The notes under the pieces: generated by a model
The model's database searches: none
Told to the model about the DNA's origin: nothing
What the model saw: the letters and a program-made list of their open reading frames with translations, nothing else
In this document: piece by piece, positions 1 through 13,584 of the stretch
Layout: each line of letters begins with the position of its first letter
How positions within the stretch are numbered: position 1 is the stretch's first letter
Origin: Amphiscolops sp. MND2022
Taxonomy: Eukaryota
Length of the DNA: 64,000 nucleotides
Reading direction: 5' to 3'
Assembly (NCBI GenBank): GCA_964187785.1
Contig: OZ076409.1
Span: 91,080,001-91,144,000 of the forward strand
Program-made: the position numbers and the translations under genes

Positions 1-346
1 AAAAGGGCTGAAAATAGAAAAACTGAGATACAATTTATGGAATCCATGAAAAAAAAGCATACGGGACAATTTGCCGAAAAACAATTTGCCGAAAATTGAC
101 TCAGGGACAATTTGCCGAATAATTTTCGGCAAATTGTCCTTCACGTTCGGTGGAATGGGTTTCGGCAAAGTCTACGTGGAATCAGGTCTAATGAAATAGA
201 TCTAAGAGAGGGGGCAAAACTGATATCTAAATATTTTGATCTAAATATTCAGGTCTAAAAATCTCTTCTAATTTGACCTAATTTGAGAGCAAAAATAACA
301 GAATAAGACCATTAATGTAGGAATGATGCAAAGCATAAAACGTGCC

Positions 347-875
347 TCGGATATGTTCCCATTTCCTCTAGTGCCCCGCGGCCCCTTGGGGCCGCTTATG
401 TTCCCATCTTGCTAAGCGAGGTCGAACAGGAGCAAAGACCTAGCGGGAACGGAGATCGCGAAGCGATCGTAGTGGGAGCTGGTCTTTGCGACGGTGAGGG
501 CGAGCGGGTGGGCGGAAGTAGGTCGAAGGAACGGGATCGAAAATCAGAGTTAGTCCTCAGGTCGACATACCAAATTTTTTGAATGGGATCGAAACAACTC
601 GTATCGAAATTTTTATAACGTAGTCAGATATGTTCACATACCCCTAGTGCCCTGAATGCAGGAGCGAAGCGAAGCGGAGCGACGTGCCATATGGCCATGC
701 CTCAATGTTGCTACTTGGCGAAGAGAGCGAAGCGACCGAGCCATACAACAAATACGATTATACTCGACCGCATTCCATTCGATCCCTGCAATTCGATCAA
801 AACGTTCGACCTCTGTCCTTTCGACCAGAAAAAATCGACCTATTTACAGCCACCCAGGGCGAGCGTGCATACACC
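347..875 (+). mobile_element. Hairpin-rich repeat 'B' (possibly Helentron-derived) inside element A
   Basis: Hairpins GCGGCCCCTTGGGGCCGC and GATCGCGAAGCGATC, plus stem GCAAAGACC...GGTCTTTGC. Other copies at 1049-1316(-), 2346-2625(+) and 31579-31780(-). Confidence 0.6.
506..855. mobile_element. Mutator (MULE)-like MITE 'C', copy 1
   Basis: TIRs GGGTGGGCGGAAGTAGGTCGA / TCGACCTATTTACAGCCACCC with an exact 9-bp TSD AGGGCGAGC at 497-505 and 856-864. Confidence 0.85.
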
Positions 876-1048
876 GGATATGCCCCACATGTCATACTCA
901 GAACACATATTAGATCATAAAGGGGTTAGACCTAAGTATTTTAGATAAAATTAGATCTGAAAGTTAGACCTAACAGTTAGATCTAAATCCATTAGACCCA
1001 AGCAATTAGATCAAAGGCGTACACTCCTTGCAAATTGTCTTTCCGCAA

Positions 1049-1316
1049 ACGGTCACGTATCCGTTTTTCGCTCCTGCGAAGCGTTTGAAATAGATTAGGT
1101 ACTTCTCCTTACCTAATATATATAGAAGTCATATACGGTGTATGCACTCTCGCCCTCACCGTCGCAAAGACCAGCTCCCACTACGATCGCTTCGCGATCC
1201 CGTTCTCGCTAGGTCTTTGCTCCTGTTCGACCTCGCTTAGCAAGATGAGAAGATAGGCGGCCCCAAGGGGCCGCGGAACACTAGAGGAAATGGGGGCATA
1301 TCCGACGGCCAAAAAC
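1049..1316 (-). mobile_element. Repeat B copy
   Basis: Reverse complement of 347-505/865-875 without the MITE C insertion; begins in a T-run (TTTTTGGCCGTCGGATA on the minus strand). Confidence 0.65.
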
Positions 1317-1767
1317 ATTATTTGAACACGCTATGTATGCGGCAAATTCTCCCTGCAAAATTCGGCAACTTCAAAGGGACAATTTGCCGAAAAAAAATCG
1401 GCAAATTGTCCTTCACGTTCGGCAAATTGGGTTTCGGCAAATTGTCTTTCGGCAAATTGTCTTTCGGCAAATTGTCCCTAACCCGACTAACCCGAAACAA
1501 AACACCTAATAACCATCAAACTCAAGCTTGACAACCCAGCATCAACTCAACCTCTCGAGAACTATGCAGTTAGAGTAAAAACTAATCGAAACGAAACTCA
1601 AACGGAACTACAATTGATTTCGGAAGTGGAACAAGACGAAATTGTGATCCCGGCAACATATTGGTTTTCAAAGCAAATCAGAAATTCAGAGATAGTGTTG
1701 AAGTTAAAATAGCGTTTGCTTCTAATTATCCGAACAAAAAGGTACTGGCACGCCTTTATTACAGCGT

Positions 1768-2244
1768 GTGGTAGAATACATCTTGAGTTCACAACACCAG
1801 AAGAGACTGATTGTGTTTTGCAGGGATGGAAGGCTGATTTTTTGGGGCGACCCGTCGGTTCGGAGAGCTAGTGAGAGGAATGAACAGCACAGCGCCGTAA
1901 TACGGGGAGTTCCATTAAAAATATCTGACTCGGACTTGACATTAGCTCTTACGGATAATTTTCCAGGTGCCAGAATCAGACGTGTTGTCAAAAGCGAATG
2001 GAAATCACTGCAAACTGTCGAACTGACGTTTCCCTCAAAAGCCCAATTTGATAAAGAAACAATCGACTGGGTTTTCATTGACCATTTGCACTATAAACCA
2101 GTCGAATTCATACAGCAGCAAAGACTACGAAAAGTCCCCTGCTACCGATATCAGAAGTTCCGACATGTCAGTTCCAATTGCCATTCGAAAGTTTCATGCA
2201 AATTTTGCTCCGGCGAGCAGGCGGTGAGCGTTTGGATTGAATGA
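1768..2244 (+). pseudogene. LINE ORF1 (gag-like) remnant with degenerate zinc knuckles
   Basis: CYRYQKFRHVSSNC...CKFCSGEQ resembles the tandem CCHC knuckles of I/Jockey-group ORF1 and lies upstream of EN-RT fragments on the same strand. Confidence 0.75.
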
Positions 2245-2345
2245 ATTTGCGCAACATGCATCCTGTCACTAAGATCGAAGTAAAAGTGTCAACGATATTG
2301 AGATCGCATCAAGGTTTTCAAACACTTTCGTTTTCAAATAACAAT

Positions 2346-2625
2346 GTTTTTGGCCGTCGGATATGCCCTCTTTCCTTTAGTGCCCCGCAGCCCCTTCGTT
2401 AATTATTTGGTTGGTCCCCAATAATAAGAATAATACCCTTGCTAAGCGAGGTCGAACAGGAGCAAAGACCTAGCGAGAACGGAGATCGCGAAGCAATCGT
2501 AGTGGCAGCTGGTCTTTGAGACGGTTAGGGCGAGAGTGCATACACCATATATACCTCGCATTCGGTGGGGAAAAGTACCTAACACATTTTAAACGCTTTG
2601 CAGGAGCAAAAACCTTACAAAAACG
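2346..2625 (+). mobile_element. Repeat B copy inserted between LINE ORF1 and ORF2
   Basis: Homologous to 347-875 and to the reverse complement of 1049-1316. Confidence 0.65.
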
Positions 2626-2869
2626 GAACAATGGAATCTCAAAACTTTCGATCCATTTTCGATCTCGCTTTTCGCTCACACAAAAATTCGATCCAAAAAT
2701 ACCCCACCCGGCGAGCACTCTGTTGAGAACTGCAAATGCAATCACCCAGCCAGGTGTGTTGATTGCAGTAGAAATCACGAAACTGATTCTCTTGACTGCC
2801 AAACTCATATTAAACAGGTACGAATGTTATTGAAGCGCGCAACATACAAGCATTGACTTCGAGAAACCT

Positions 2870-5800
2870 TGTGTCAAAAAACAAAGATGGCTAACACTGG
2901 CTCCAACTTCATACAGATCATTATATGTTGTCTGGGTGATCCTTGTAAAATAGCAATAAATCAATACCTACAACAAACTAAAGCTGATATCGTTCTTCCT
3001 ATCTGGGGGCGTTGCAATATTGTTGAAAAATCACATCCCTTAATCAAAATTTAATCAACTCGAGGACACCTCTGTTGATATTGTTGTTTTGACTGTTAGG
3101 CTGGGCGGAATGAAATTAGTTGTAACTACTTCATATGTCAGACCCGATGACTTCGAGTGCTTGAGAAAAACATTGAAAGGATACAGAGTTGCAAAAGTAT
3201 GTTGATGAAAATTGCCTGAATGGAGCTCTTTTCTTTGGTGACCTCATTGCAAGGCATTTCTTTTGGGGCAAAATGGTGTACTTTGTTATGTGAGGAAATA
3301 ATTAAAACAACCGACCACTTCAGCATTATAAATGAGATTGTGCCTACGTATTTGGCAGCAAAATGCTCCCGTGTTATCGATCTTTGCATCTGTTATGGGA
3401 ATCTGTTCCATGGGTCTCCATGTTATGGGTCTCCATGTGACAATGATAAAGAGTTTGAGCACTAAAGTACTCTTTTTTCAGCTGACTATTTTCAATGCTT
3501 CCTGGGAACATCATGTGTGGCCATGGACGCAGTCACAAGTCGTCTTCATACGTAAAGCAAAAAAGAGAAACGATGAAACGAAAAACCACTCGATCGCTCT
3601 ATCAACTCTACACACTGCAGCCCATGCTCAAAAATGCCTAATGTTCACGTTAGTCAACAGCTCTGCTGAACATTGACCTCAAAAAGGCTCCGATAGCGTG
3701 AGGGTGGACGTCCTTTCTCTTTAAACTTTGGGAACACAATTTTTCTGGCAAGTTGTATTGGATATTTAAATGGATTCTAAACACCGCAGTCGTTTCCATC
3801 GAATTAAAGGGATACAAATAAGCGAAGTTCCAGATTAACATTGGCATTCCACAGGGAAGTGGGTTGTCACCAATGCTCTTCATCATCTTCCTAAACGACT
3901 TCCTCATAATCAAGCACAGAAATTCAAGTTTGCAGACAATAGTTCTGTGATTGTCACTGGCAAAGATCCGTCAGAGTTATCTGCCATCGTTCGAAAAACT
4001 TGTTCCGACATCTAGAAGTGGTGTGCAGATTGGAGAATGTTAGTGAACAGAGGAAAAATTGAAATATTTCTTTTCAACTGCAAAGGAAATGACTTGGAAC
4101 TACCGTCCCTCAATGGTGATATATGTCAAGTTCAAAAAGCAACAAAGCCTCTCGGAGTAATTATTGTCAGCATGCTCAATTACCGGGATCATTCTATTAA
4201 AACAAACGAGAAAGCAAAGCGGAATTGGAATATAATTAGGTTGTTATACAGTAGAAAATGGAGCCTTGCAGTTTCCACGCTAGTTCTGTTGTACAAAATC
4301 ACCATCTAACCCTCACTTCTCTATGCAGAGGTCACCTCTGTTGAGGACACCTCTGTTGATATTGTTGTTTTGACTGTTATGCTGGGCGGAATGAAATTTG
4401 TTGTAACTCGTTCATATGTCCGATGACATCGAGGGCTTGAGAAAAAAAGTTGAAAGGTATACAGAGTTGCAAAAGTATGTTGATAAAAATTGCCTGAATG
4501 TAGCTCTTTTCTTTGATGACCTCAATGCAAGGCATTTCGTTTGGGGGGAAATCGTGTACTTCGTTAGGTGAGGAAATAATTAAAATAACCGACCACTTCA
4601 GCATTCTCATTGAGGTTGGGCCTACGTATTTGGCAGCAAAATGCTCCAGTGTTATCGATCTTTGCTTCTGTTATGGGACTCTGTTCGATAGATGTAAACA
4701 CTATCTGTCTACGGATGAGTTTGCAGAGCTGTTCACCGGTGCTCCACTAGGAGGCCATGCTCATGATATTATGAGATTGGAACGTAGTAGCAACACTGAG
4801 AAAACTAATAACTTATGGATTGAAAAAGCTGATGGGACCGGTTAGATTTCTTTCCTTGAGGGACGCATAAATAATCTCAATGTTGTTCGGGACGACTATG
4901 TTTTTCTTTGGAACGCGTTTAGGAATCTGCTTCTTGAAGCTTCCTTTGGTCACATAACCCTCAATTATGTTTGAAATCATAGCAAACCGTCTCGGAACTC
5001 AGATTTAAAAGACGCAAGCAATGAGCTTCGATTTTTACGTAAATGGTCAATTACGAATCAAATTTTGAGAACGGACAAAAGCTGAAGGCACTGAAGGAAC
5101 GTTTCAAAATTCTACTCACAAGAACATCTGAAAAAGTAATATTCCAACGATGCAACCTAACTGCAAGTAGAAGGCGGAATAAACCAACCACACGATGATC
5201 GTGAACATGATAAAGAAGTATTTCAACAGGAACATACTATCGATGAATCGAAGAACACCATTTTGCAAAAAAGCAACATTAAATGTTTTGATAATGATGG
5301 TCTCCATGTGACAATAATAAAGAGTTTGGGCACTAAAGCACTCTTTTTTCTGCTGAATTTTATCAATGCTCCCTGGGAATATCATGTGTGGCCATGGACG
5401 CAGTCACGAGTCGTCTTCATACGCAAAGCAAAAAAAGAGATATGATGAAAAAAAATACCACTCGATCGCTCTACATGCTCTACACACTGCAACCCATGCT
5501 CAAAAATGCCTAACGTTCACGTTAGGCAACAGCTCTGCTGAACATTGACCTCAAAAAGGCTCCGATAGCGTGAGGGTGGACGTCCTTTCTCTTTAAACTC
5601 TGGGAACACAATTTTTCTGGCAAGTTGTATTGGATATTTAAATCGTTTCTAAACACCGCAGTCGTTTCCATCGAATTAAAGGGATACAAATAAGCGAAGT
5701 TCCAGATTAACATTGGCATTCCACAGGGAAGTGGGTTGTCACCATTGCTCTTCATCATCTTCCTAAACGACTTCCTCATAATCAAGCACAGAAATTCAAG

Positions 5801-8800
5801 TTTGCAGACAATAGTTCTGTGATTGTCACTGGCAAAGATCCGTCATAGTTATCTGCCATACTTGAAAAACTTGTTCCGACATCTAGAAGTAGTGTGGGCA
5901 CTAAAGCACTATTTTTTCTGCTGAATTTTTTCAATGCTCCCTGGGAACATCATGTGTGGCCATGGACGCAGTCACGAGTCGTCTTCATACGCAAAGCAAA
6001 AAAAGAGATATGATGAAACAAAATACCACTCGATTGCTCTACACGCTCTACACACTGCAGCCCATGCTCAAAATGCCTAACGTTCACGTAAGCCAACAGC
6101 TCTGCTGAACATTGACCTCAAAAAGTCTTTCAAAAGCGTGAGGGTGGACGGCCTTTCTCTTTAAACTATGGGAACGCAATTTTTCTGGCAAAATGTATTA
6201 GATATTTGAATCGTTTCTAAAAACCGCAGTCGTTTCCATCAAATTAAATGGATACCAATCTGCGAAGTTCCAGATTAACATTGGCGTTCCACAGGAAAGT
6301 GAGTTGTCATCATTGCTCTTCATCATCTTCCTAAACGACTTCCTCAGTAATCAAGCACAGAAATTCAAGTTTGCAGACAAAAGTTCTGTGACTGTCACTG
6401 GCAAAGTCCGTCAGAGTTAACTGCCATCGTTCGAAAAACTTGTTCCGACATCTAGAAGTGGTGTGCAGATTGGAGAATGTTAGTGAACAGAGGAAAAATT
6501 GAAATATTTCTTTTCAACTGCAAAGGAAATGACTTGGAACTACCGTCTCTCAATGGTGATATATGTCAAGTTCAAAAAGCAACAAAGCCTCTCGGAGTAA
6601 TTATTGTCAGCATGCTCAATTACCGGGATCATTCTATTAAAACAAACGAGAAAGCAAAGCGGAATTGGAATATAATTAGGTTGTTATACAGTAGAAAATG
6701 GAGCCTTGCAGTTTCCACGCTAGTTCTGTTGTACAAAATCACCATCTAACCCTCACTTCTCTATGCAGAGGTCACCTCTGTTGAGGACACCACTGTTGAT
6801 ATTGTTGTTTTGACTGTTATGCTGGGCGGAATGAAATTTGTTGTAACTCGTTCATATGTCCGATGACATCGAGGGCTTGAGAAAAAAAGTTGAAAGGTAT
6901 ACAGAGTTGCAAAAGTATGTTGATAAAAATTGCCTGAATGTAGCTCTTTTCTTTGATGACCTCAATGCAAGGCATTTCGTTTGGGGGGAAATCGTGTACT
7001 TCGTTAGGTGAGGAAATAATTAAAATAACCGACCACTTCAGCATTCTCATTGAGGTTGGGCCTACGTATTTGGCAGCAAAATGCTCCAGTGTTATCGATC
7101 TTTGCTTCTGTTATGGGACTCTGTTCGATAGATGTAAACACTATCTGTCTACGGATGAGTTTGCAGAGCTGTTCACCGGTGCTCCACTAGGAGGCCATGC
7201 TCATGATATTATGAGATTGGAACGTAGTAGCAACACTGAGAAAACTAATAACTTATGGATTGAAAAAGCTGATGGGACCGGTTAGATTTCTTTCCTTGAG
7301 GGACGCATAAATAATCTCAATGTTGTTCGGGACGACTATGTTTTTCTTTGGAACGCGTTTAGGAATCTGCTTCTTGAAGCTTCCTTTGGTCACATAACCC
7401 TCAATTATGTTTGAAATCATAGCAAACCGTCTCGGAACTCAGATTTAAAAGACGCAAGCAATGAGCTTCGATTTTTACGTAAATGGTCAATTACGAATCA
7501 AATTTTGAGAACGGACAAAAGCTGAAGGCACTGAAGGAACGTTTCAAAATTCTACTCACAAGAACATCTGAAAAAGCAATATTCCAACGATGCAACACAA
7601 CTGCAAGTAGAAGCCAGAATAAACCAACTACACGATGATCGTGAACATGATAAAGAAGTATTTCAACAGGAACATACTATCGATGAATCAAAGAATACCA
7701 TTTTGCAAAAAAGCAACATTAAATGTTTTGATAATGATGTTCTCCATGTGACAATAATAAAAAGTTTGGGCACTAAAGCACTCTTTTTTCTGCTGAATTT
7801 TATCAATGCTCCCTGGGAATATCATGTGTGGCCATGGACGCAGTCACGAGTCGTCTTCATACGCAAAGCAAAAAAAGAGATATGATGAAAAAAAATACCA
7901 CTCGATCGCTCTACACGCTCTACCCACTGCAGCCCATGCTCAAAAATGCCTAATATTCACGTTAGGTTACAGCTCTGCTGAACATTGACCTCAAAAAGGC
8001 TCCAATAGCGTGAGGGTGGACGTCTTTTCTCTTTAAACTTTGGGAACACAATTTTTCTGGCAAGTTGTATTGGATATTTAAATCGTTTCTAAACACCGCA
8101 GTCGTTTCCATCGAATTAAAGGGATACAAATAAGCGAAGTTCCAGATTACATTGGCATTCCACAGGGAAGTGGGTTGTCACCCTTGCTCTTCATCATCTT
8201 CCTAAACAACTTCCTCATAATCAAGCACAGAAATTCAAGTTTGCAGACAATAGTTCTGTGATTGTCACTGGCAAAGATCCGTCAGAGTTATCTGCCATTC
8301 TTCGAAAAACTTGTTCCGACATCTAGAAGTAGTGTGGGCACTAAAGCACTATTTTTTCTGCTGAATTTTTTCAATGCTCCCTGGGAATATCATGTGTGGC
8401 CATGGACGCAGTCACGAGTCGTCTTCATACGCAAAGCAAAAAAAGAGATATGATGAAAAAAATACCACTCGATTGCTCTACACGCTCTACACACTGCAGC
8501 CCATGTCCAAAATGCCTAACGTTCACGTAAGCCAACAGCTCTGCTGAACATTGACCTCAAAAAGTCTTCCAATAGCGTGAGGGTGGACAGCCTTTCTCTT
8601 TAAACTATGGGAACGCAATTTTTCTGGCAAAATGTATTAGATATTTGAATCGTTTCTAAAAACTGCAGTCGTTTCCATCAAATTAAATGGATACCAATCT
8701 GCGGAGTTCCAGTTTAACATTGGCGTTCCACAGGAAAGTGAGTTGTCATCATTGCTCTTCGTCATCTTCCTAAACGACTTCCTCAGTAATCAAGCACAGA

Positions 8801-11800
8801 AATTCAAGTTTGCAGACAAAAGTTCTGTGACTGTCACTGGCAAAGTCCGTCAGAGTTAACTGCCATCGTTCAAAAAACTTGTTCCGACATCTAGAAGTGG
8901 TGTGCAGATTGGAGAATGTTAGTGAACAGAGGAAAAATTGAAACAATTCTTTTCACCTGCAAAGGAAATGACTTGGAACTACCGTCCCTCAATGGTGATA
9001 TATGTCAAGTTCAAAAAGCAACAAAGTCTCTCGGAGTAATTATTGTCAGCATGCTCAATTACCGGGATCATTCTAATAAAACAAACGAGAAAGCAAAGCG
9101 GAATTGGAATATAATTAGGTTGCTATACAGTAGAAAATGGAGCCTTGCAGTTTCCACGCTAGTTCTGTTTTACAAAATCACCATCTAACCCTCACTTCTC
9201 TATGCAGAGGTCACCTCTGTTGAGGACACCTCTGTTGATATTGTTGTTTTGACTGTTAGGCTGGGCGGATTGAAATTTGTTGTAACTCTTTCATATGTCC
9301 GATGACATCGAGGGCTTGAGAAAAAAGTTGAAAGGTATACAGAGTTGCAAAAGTATGTTGATAAAAATTGCCTGAATGTAGCTCTTTTCTTTGATGACCT
9401 CAATGCAAGGCATTTCTTTTGGGGGGAAATCGTGTACTTCGTTAGGTGAGGAAATAATTAAAATAACCGACCACTTCAGCATTCTCATTGAGGTTGAGCC
9501 TACGTATTTGGCAGCAAAATGCTCCAGTGATATCGATCTTTGCTTCTGTTATGGGACTCTGTTCGATAGATGTAAACACTATCTGTCTACGGATGAGTTT
9601 GCAGAGCTGTTCACCGGTGCTCCACTAGGAGGCCATGCTCATGATATTATGAGATTGGAACGTAGTAGCAACACTGAGAAATCTAATAACTTATGGATTG
9701 AAAAAGCTGATGGGACCGGTTAGATTTCTTTCCTTGAGGGACGCATAATTGATCTCAATGTTGTTCGGGACGACCCTGTTTTTCTTTGCAACGCGTTTAG
9801 GAATCTGCTTCTTGAAGCTTCCTTTGGTCACATAACCCTCAATTGTGTTTAAAATCATAGCAAACCGTCTCGGAACTCAGACTTAAAAGACGCAAGCAGT
9901 GAGCTTCGATTTTTACGTAAATGGTCAATTACGAATCAAATTTTGAGAACGGACAAAAGCTGAAGGCACTGAAGGAACGTTTCAAAATTCTACTCACAAG
10001 AACATCTGAAAAAGCAATATTCCAACAATGCAACACAACTGCAAGTAGAAGCCAGAATAAACCAATTACACGATGATCGTGAACATGATAAAGAAGTATT
10101 TCAACAGGAACATACTATCGATGAATCGAAGAACACCATTTTGCAAAAAAAGCAACATTAAATGTTTTGATAATGATGGTCTCCATGTGACAATAATAAA
10201 GAGTTTGGGCACTAAAGCACTCTTTTTTCTGCTGAATTTTATCAATGCTCCCCGGGAATATCATGTGTGGCCATGGACGCAGTCACGAGTCGTCTTCATA
10301 CGCAAAGCAAAAAAAAGATATGATGAAAAAAATACCACTCGATCGCTCTACACGCTCTACACACTGCAGCCTATGCTCAAAATGCCCTACGTTCACGTTA
10401 GCTAACAGCTCTGCTGAACATTGACCTCAAAAAGTCTTCCGATAGCGTGAGGGTGGACGGCCTTTCTCTTTAAACTATGGGAACACACTTTTTCTGGCAA
10501 AATGTATTGGATATTTAAATCGTTTCTAAAAACCGCAGTCGTTTCCATCAAATTAAATGGATACCAATCTGCGAAGTTCCGGATTAACATTGGCGTTCCA
10601 CAGGGAAGTGGGTGGTCACCATTGCTCTTCATCGTCTTCCTAAACGACTTCTTCATGATCAAGCACAGAAATTCAAGTTTGCACACAATAGTTCTAAGAC
10701 TGTCACTGGCAAAGTCCGTCAGAGTTATCTGCCATCCTTCAAAAAACTTGTTTCGACATCTAGAAGTTGTGTACAGATTGGAGAATGTTATTGAACAGAG
10801 GAAAAATTGAAATAATTTTTTTCAACTGCAAAGGAAATGACTTGGAACTACCGTCCCTCAATGGTGATATATGTCAAGTTCAAAAAGCAACAAAGTCTCT
10901 CGGAGTAATTATTGTCAGCATGCTCAATTACCGGGATTATTCTATTGAAACAATCGGGAAAACAAAGCGGAATTGGAATATAATTAGGTTGTTATGCAGT
11001 AGAAAATGGAGCCTCACAGTTTCTACGCTAATTCTGTTGTACAAAACCACCATCTTAGCCTCACTTCTCTATGCTGCACCGATATGGTACGAGAAGAACC
11101 TCAAATACTTCAACGCAGTCCAGTATAACTTCATGAGGACAGTCTTCACATACGGATATTCGCGGAAAAACTACTCATGTCAAGTTCTGCTGGCCACGCC
11201 GCCTCTTGATCTCCTGAGTACAGCCATCAACATCAGTTTTCTCTTGAAGCTCAAACTAGAAGACGATTTACTACATTGGACACATGATGCATGTTCCTCT
11301 TTCATCGGACATCCCCACATTATCGGACAGTGTTGCTAACCTCCTCGAGTCATGTTACACGATTCGGAATGTTTTTGAGAATTTAAAATTGTACGAGATA
11401 TGAACAGCAAGATTTCAACCATTTTAATAACTATCTGTGAAACGTTTAGTGGTAAAATAATGACAAGTCATTTCTGAAAAACTGCACTAAATTTCCAACA
11501 ACTTGTACCACTCGATCGCCCTTTTCAACCTTCAAAAGTATGAAGCCATGGAAATATTTGAAATGCTTATTGGCAATTCATTCGCTTTAGCCAATTACGC
11601 TTGGAAAAATTACCAGACGGAATGCCCGATGTGTCGTTGTGGCAAAGGTGAAGAGACTGGAGAACGTTTTTTCTGTCATGTGGTCAATACCATGACATCA
11701 GACCTGATGAAATTGACTCATTGAATGTCCTAGACCCCGCCAAATGGTAAGCGAAGTGACTATTCATTCAACCAAGACGTCTGCTTCAGAGCAAATGATT

Positions 11801-11880
11801 TCAAACAGAGTGACCACTTACCTTCCAGCCACTATCTCATTCGACCGGCATAACCAAAACACCGAAAAACAAGCTGAGAA
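2870..11880 (+). mobile_element. Decayed LINE ORF2 (AP endonuclease, reverse transcriptase, C-terminal Cys knuckle), tandemly amplified
   Basis: EN motifs PTYL...SVIDLC and RT motifs WPWTQSRVVFIRK, GVPQGSGWSPLLFIVFLND, FKFAD; C-terminal CPMCRCGKGEETGERF at ~11615. Many stops and frameshifts. Equivalent ORFs recur at 4037/6477/8916. Confidence 0.9.
3062..11074 (+). repeat. Tandem segmental repeat, period ~2440 bp, with an internal ~570-bp duplication
   Basis: Identical junction CTATGC|AGAGGTCACCTCTGTT at 4326, 6766 and 9205; internal junction TCTAGAAGTAGTGTGGGCACT at ~5890 and ~8330. Confidence 0.92.
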
Positions 11881-13584
11881 CGGCGCAAGTTGGCGCCCCG
11901 CTCAAGGTTCAAATGAGAATGTCTCAATATTCAGAAGGAACAAGACAGTGCCGAAATTTTAACAGTGCCGAAAAAAACCACAGTGTTTCGCATTACTCGA
12001 AATCACTTTTCACTCCGGAGACAAATTTTCTCGAAATTATATCTGATGGTGTTAGAGACCGATGAAGGTCAAAGGACCATTGAATGATAATCAAATATAA
12101 CTAAAGCAGATTGAACCAATAAAGTTCATTATTGTTGTTTGTGAACATGTACCTGTTATTTTTTCTTCACCTGACTGAATCATTTTCTCATTACACATCT
12201 AAAAACAAAGTATTGACAAAAATCAAAAATCTTCAAAAAGCGGACAATCCAGTCACGATCAGAAAGAGTTCAGACGCTAACAGGTTCTGGACCCAGCAGT
12301 TTGGTGAGCTTTAAAAAAGTTTTTTTTCTGTTTACTCTCACTATGCTCGTCTGATCTTTATTTCTCGTTCTCAATTTTTGCTTTTTGGTCTCGGATATTC
12401 ACATATATCGCTATTTATGCCATCCGTTACTGCCATTTTGCTCCCGTTAACTCTGTTGCTTATCTTCGTGGGAATTCTTCTTTTGCTGCCCCATTTTTTG
12501 TTTCAGTTCCTACCTTCTGCTAGTTTCTGGCTTTTCCTTGGAGTTTTTGAGGGATTGAGTGATCTTTGCAGCATCTTCAGTTCTCGCTGTGTGGCAGGAG
12601 CGATCCGAGGGGTTCTGTTTCACGGAGAAGCTGCTGAACGTGCTGAATGGAATAAATGCTGGTACGAATGTCAAGATGTACGAACTTTTGGCGTACATGG
12701 TACAGTGTCTCGACAGCCGCAGTATCATGATACAGACGAACGACTGCAATCGTGATTGTCCGCGAAGGAATGGCAACTACTGCGGGATCACTTCAACAAC
12801 ACCGAATCACCGAGGTTGATGAACCAATTGGAGAAGTTCACAACCCTGCGTATGGTGTTGAATATTCACTTCTGAAAAGGTTCAAACAATTTCATTAGAC
12901 GTTTTGTCTGTACCTGGAGCTCGCCCTCAAGGTTTTCGGGATTTTCTTCCACCCTTCAATAGATTTGCGATGATTATATTATTTGTGGGGGGGGGGGGTT
13001 TGCGCATTAGAGAATTTTCAATCGAAAAACAAACGTCACCTTTCGATCAACTCAAGAACCAATTGCAGTTGCAACAGAAACATTTGAATTGGCTCGAACA
13101 CTTTTTTTGCGCACTTCAACTGTTTACCTTGTTGGAGTACCGCCTCGAGGTTTTGGAGAAATTCAGCATAAAGTTTTGAAATTAAACGCTGAACTTAACT
13201 TACAGAAGCATTTCCTTTGTTTTTGTTGGCATATCTCATTATCTTTACTACTTGAAGTATATATATGAAGATCTCCGTCACTTTGAAAAAAGAGCGTTTG
13301 CAAAAGTTCACAAATTACTTAGCGAAAAAATTTTAAGAATGAAGTTCAAAAAACCTTGTAGCAGAACAATTCATACTTTTAGGAAACAATACACTACATA
13401 GCACTTCTGACCAGACTTTCCTCCTTCTGTCTTTCACAAATTCGAGTGTCTTTTCCGCAAGGAGTTGTGCTCACTTGAATTCAATCACCCTTTTTGTCGT
13501 TTCTTTTTGTTGACCAGCCTGCAAGGGGCTGTGCTCAATCGAAAAAACAATCATTCCTTCATCCTTATTTCAAATACAAAGAAC

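Larger units (their letters stand above)
170..1027. mobile_element. Non-autonomous DNA element 'A', copy 1 (GG...CC-type ends, TAGATCTAA/AGGTCTAA subterminal repeats)
   Basis: Reverse-complement homolog of 31419-31966. Flanks TCGGCAAA (162-169) and TTGCAAA (1028-1034) look like a degenerate TSD. Confidence 0.75.
63..1478. mobile_element. Non-autonomous TIR element (MITE-like) built from GACAATTTGCCGAA motifs; host of nested insertions
   Basis: Left end GGGACAATTTGCCGAAAAACAATTTGCCGAAA (63-) is the near reverse complement of right end TTTCGGCAAATTGTCTTTCGGCAAATTGTCCC (-1478). The motif recurs internally and is interrupted at 170-1027 and 1049-1316. Confidence 0.7.

Noticed and set aside
656..948. 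Short overlapping ORFs here and at 30729-31055
   Set aside because: They lie within non-coding MITE C and have no recognisable domain.
12130..13200. Possible small gene (donor ~12304, acceptor 12580, ORFs 12378-12819)
   Set aside because: No recognisable homology and no coherent exon chain.
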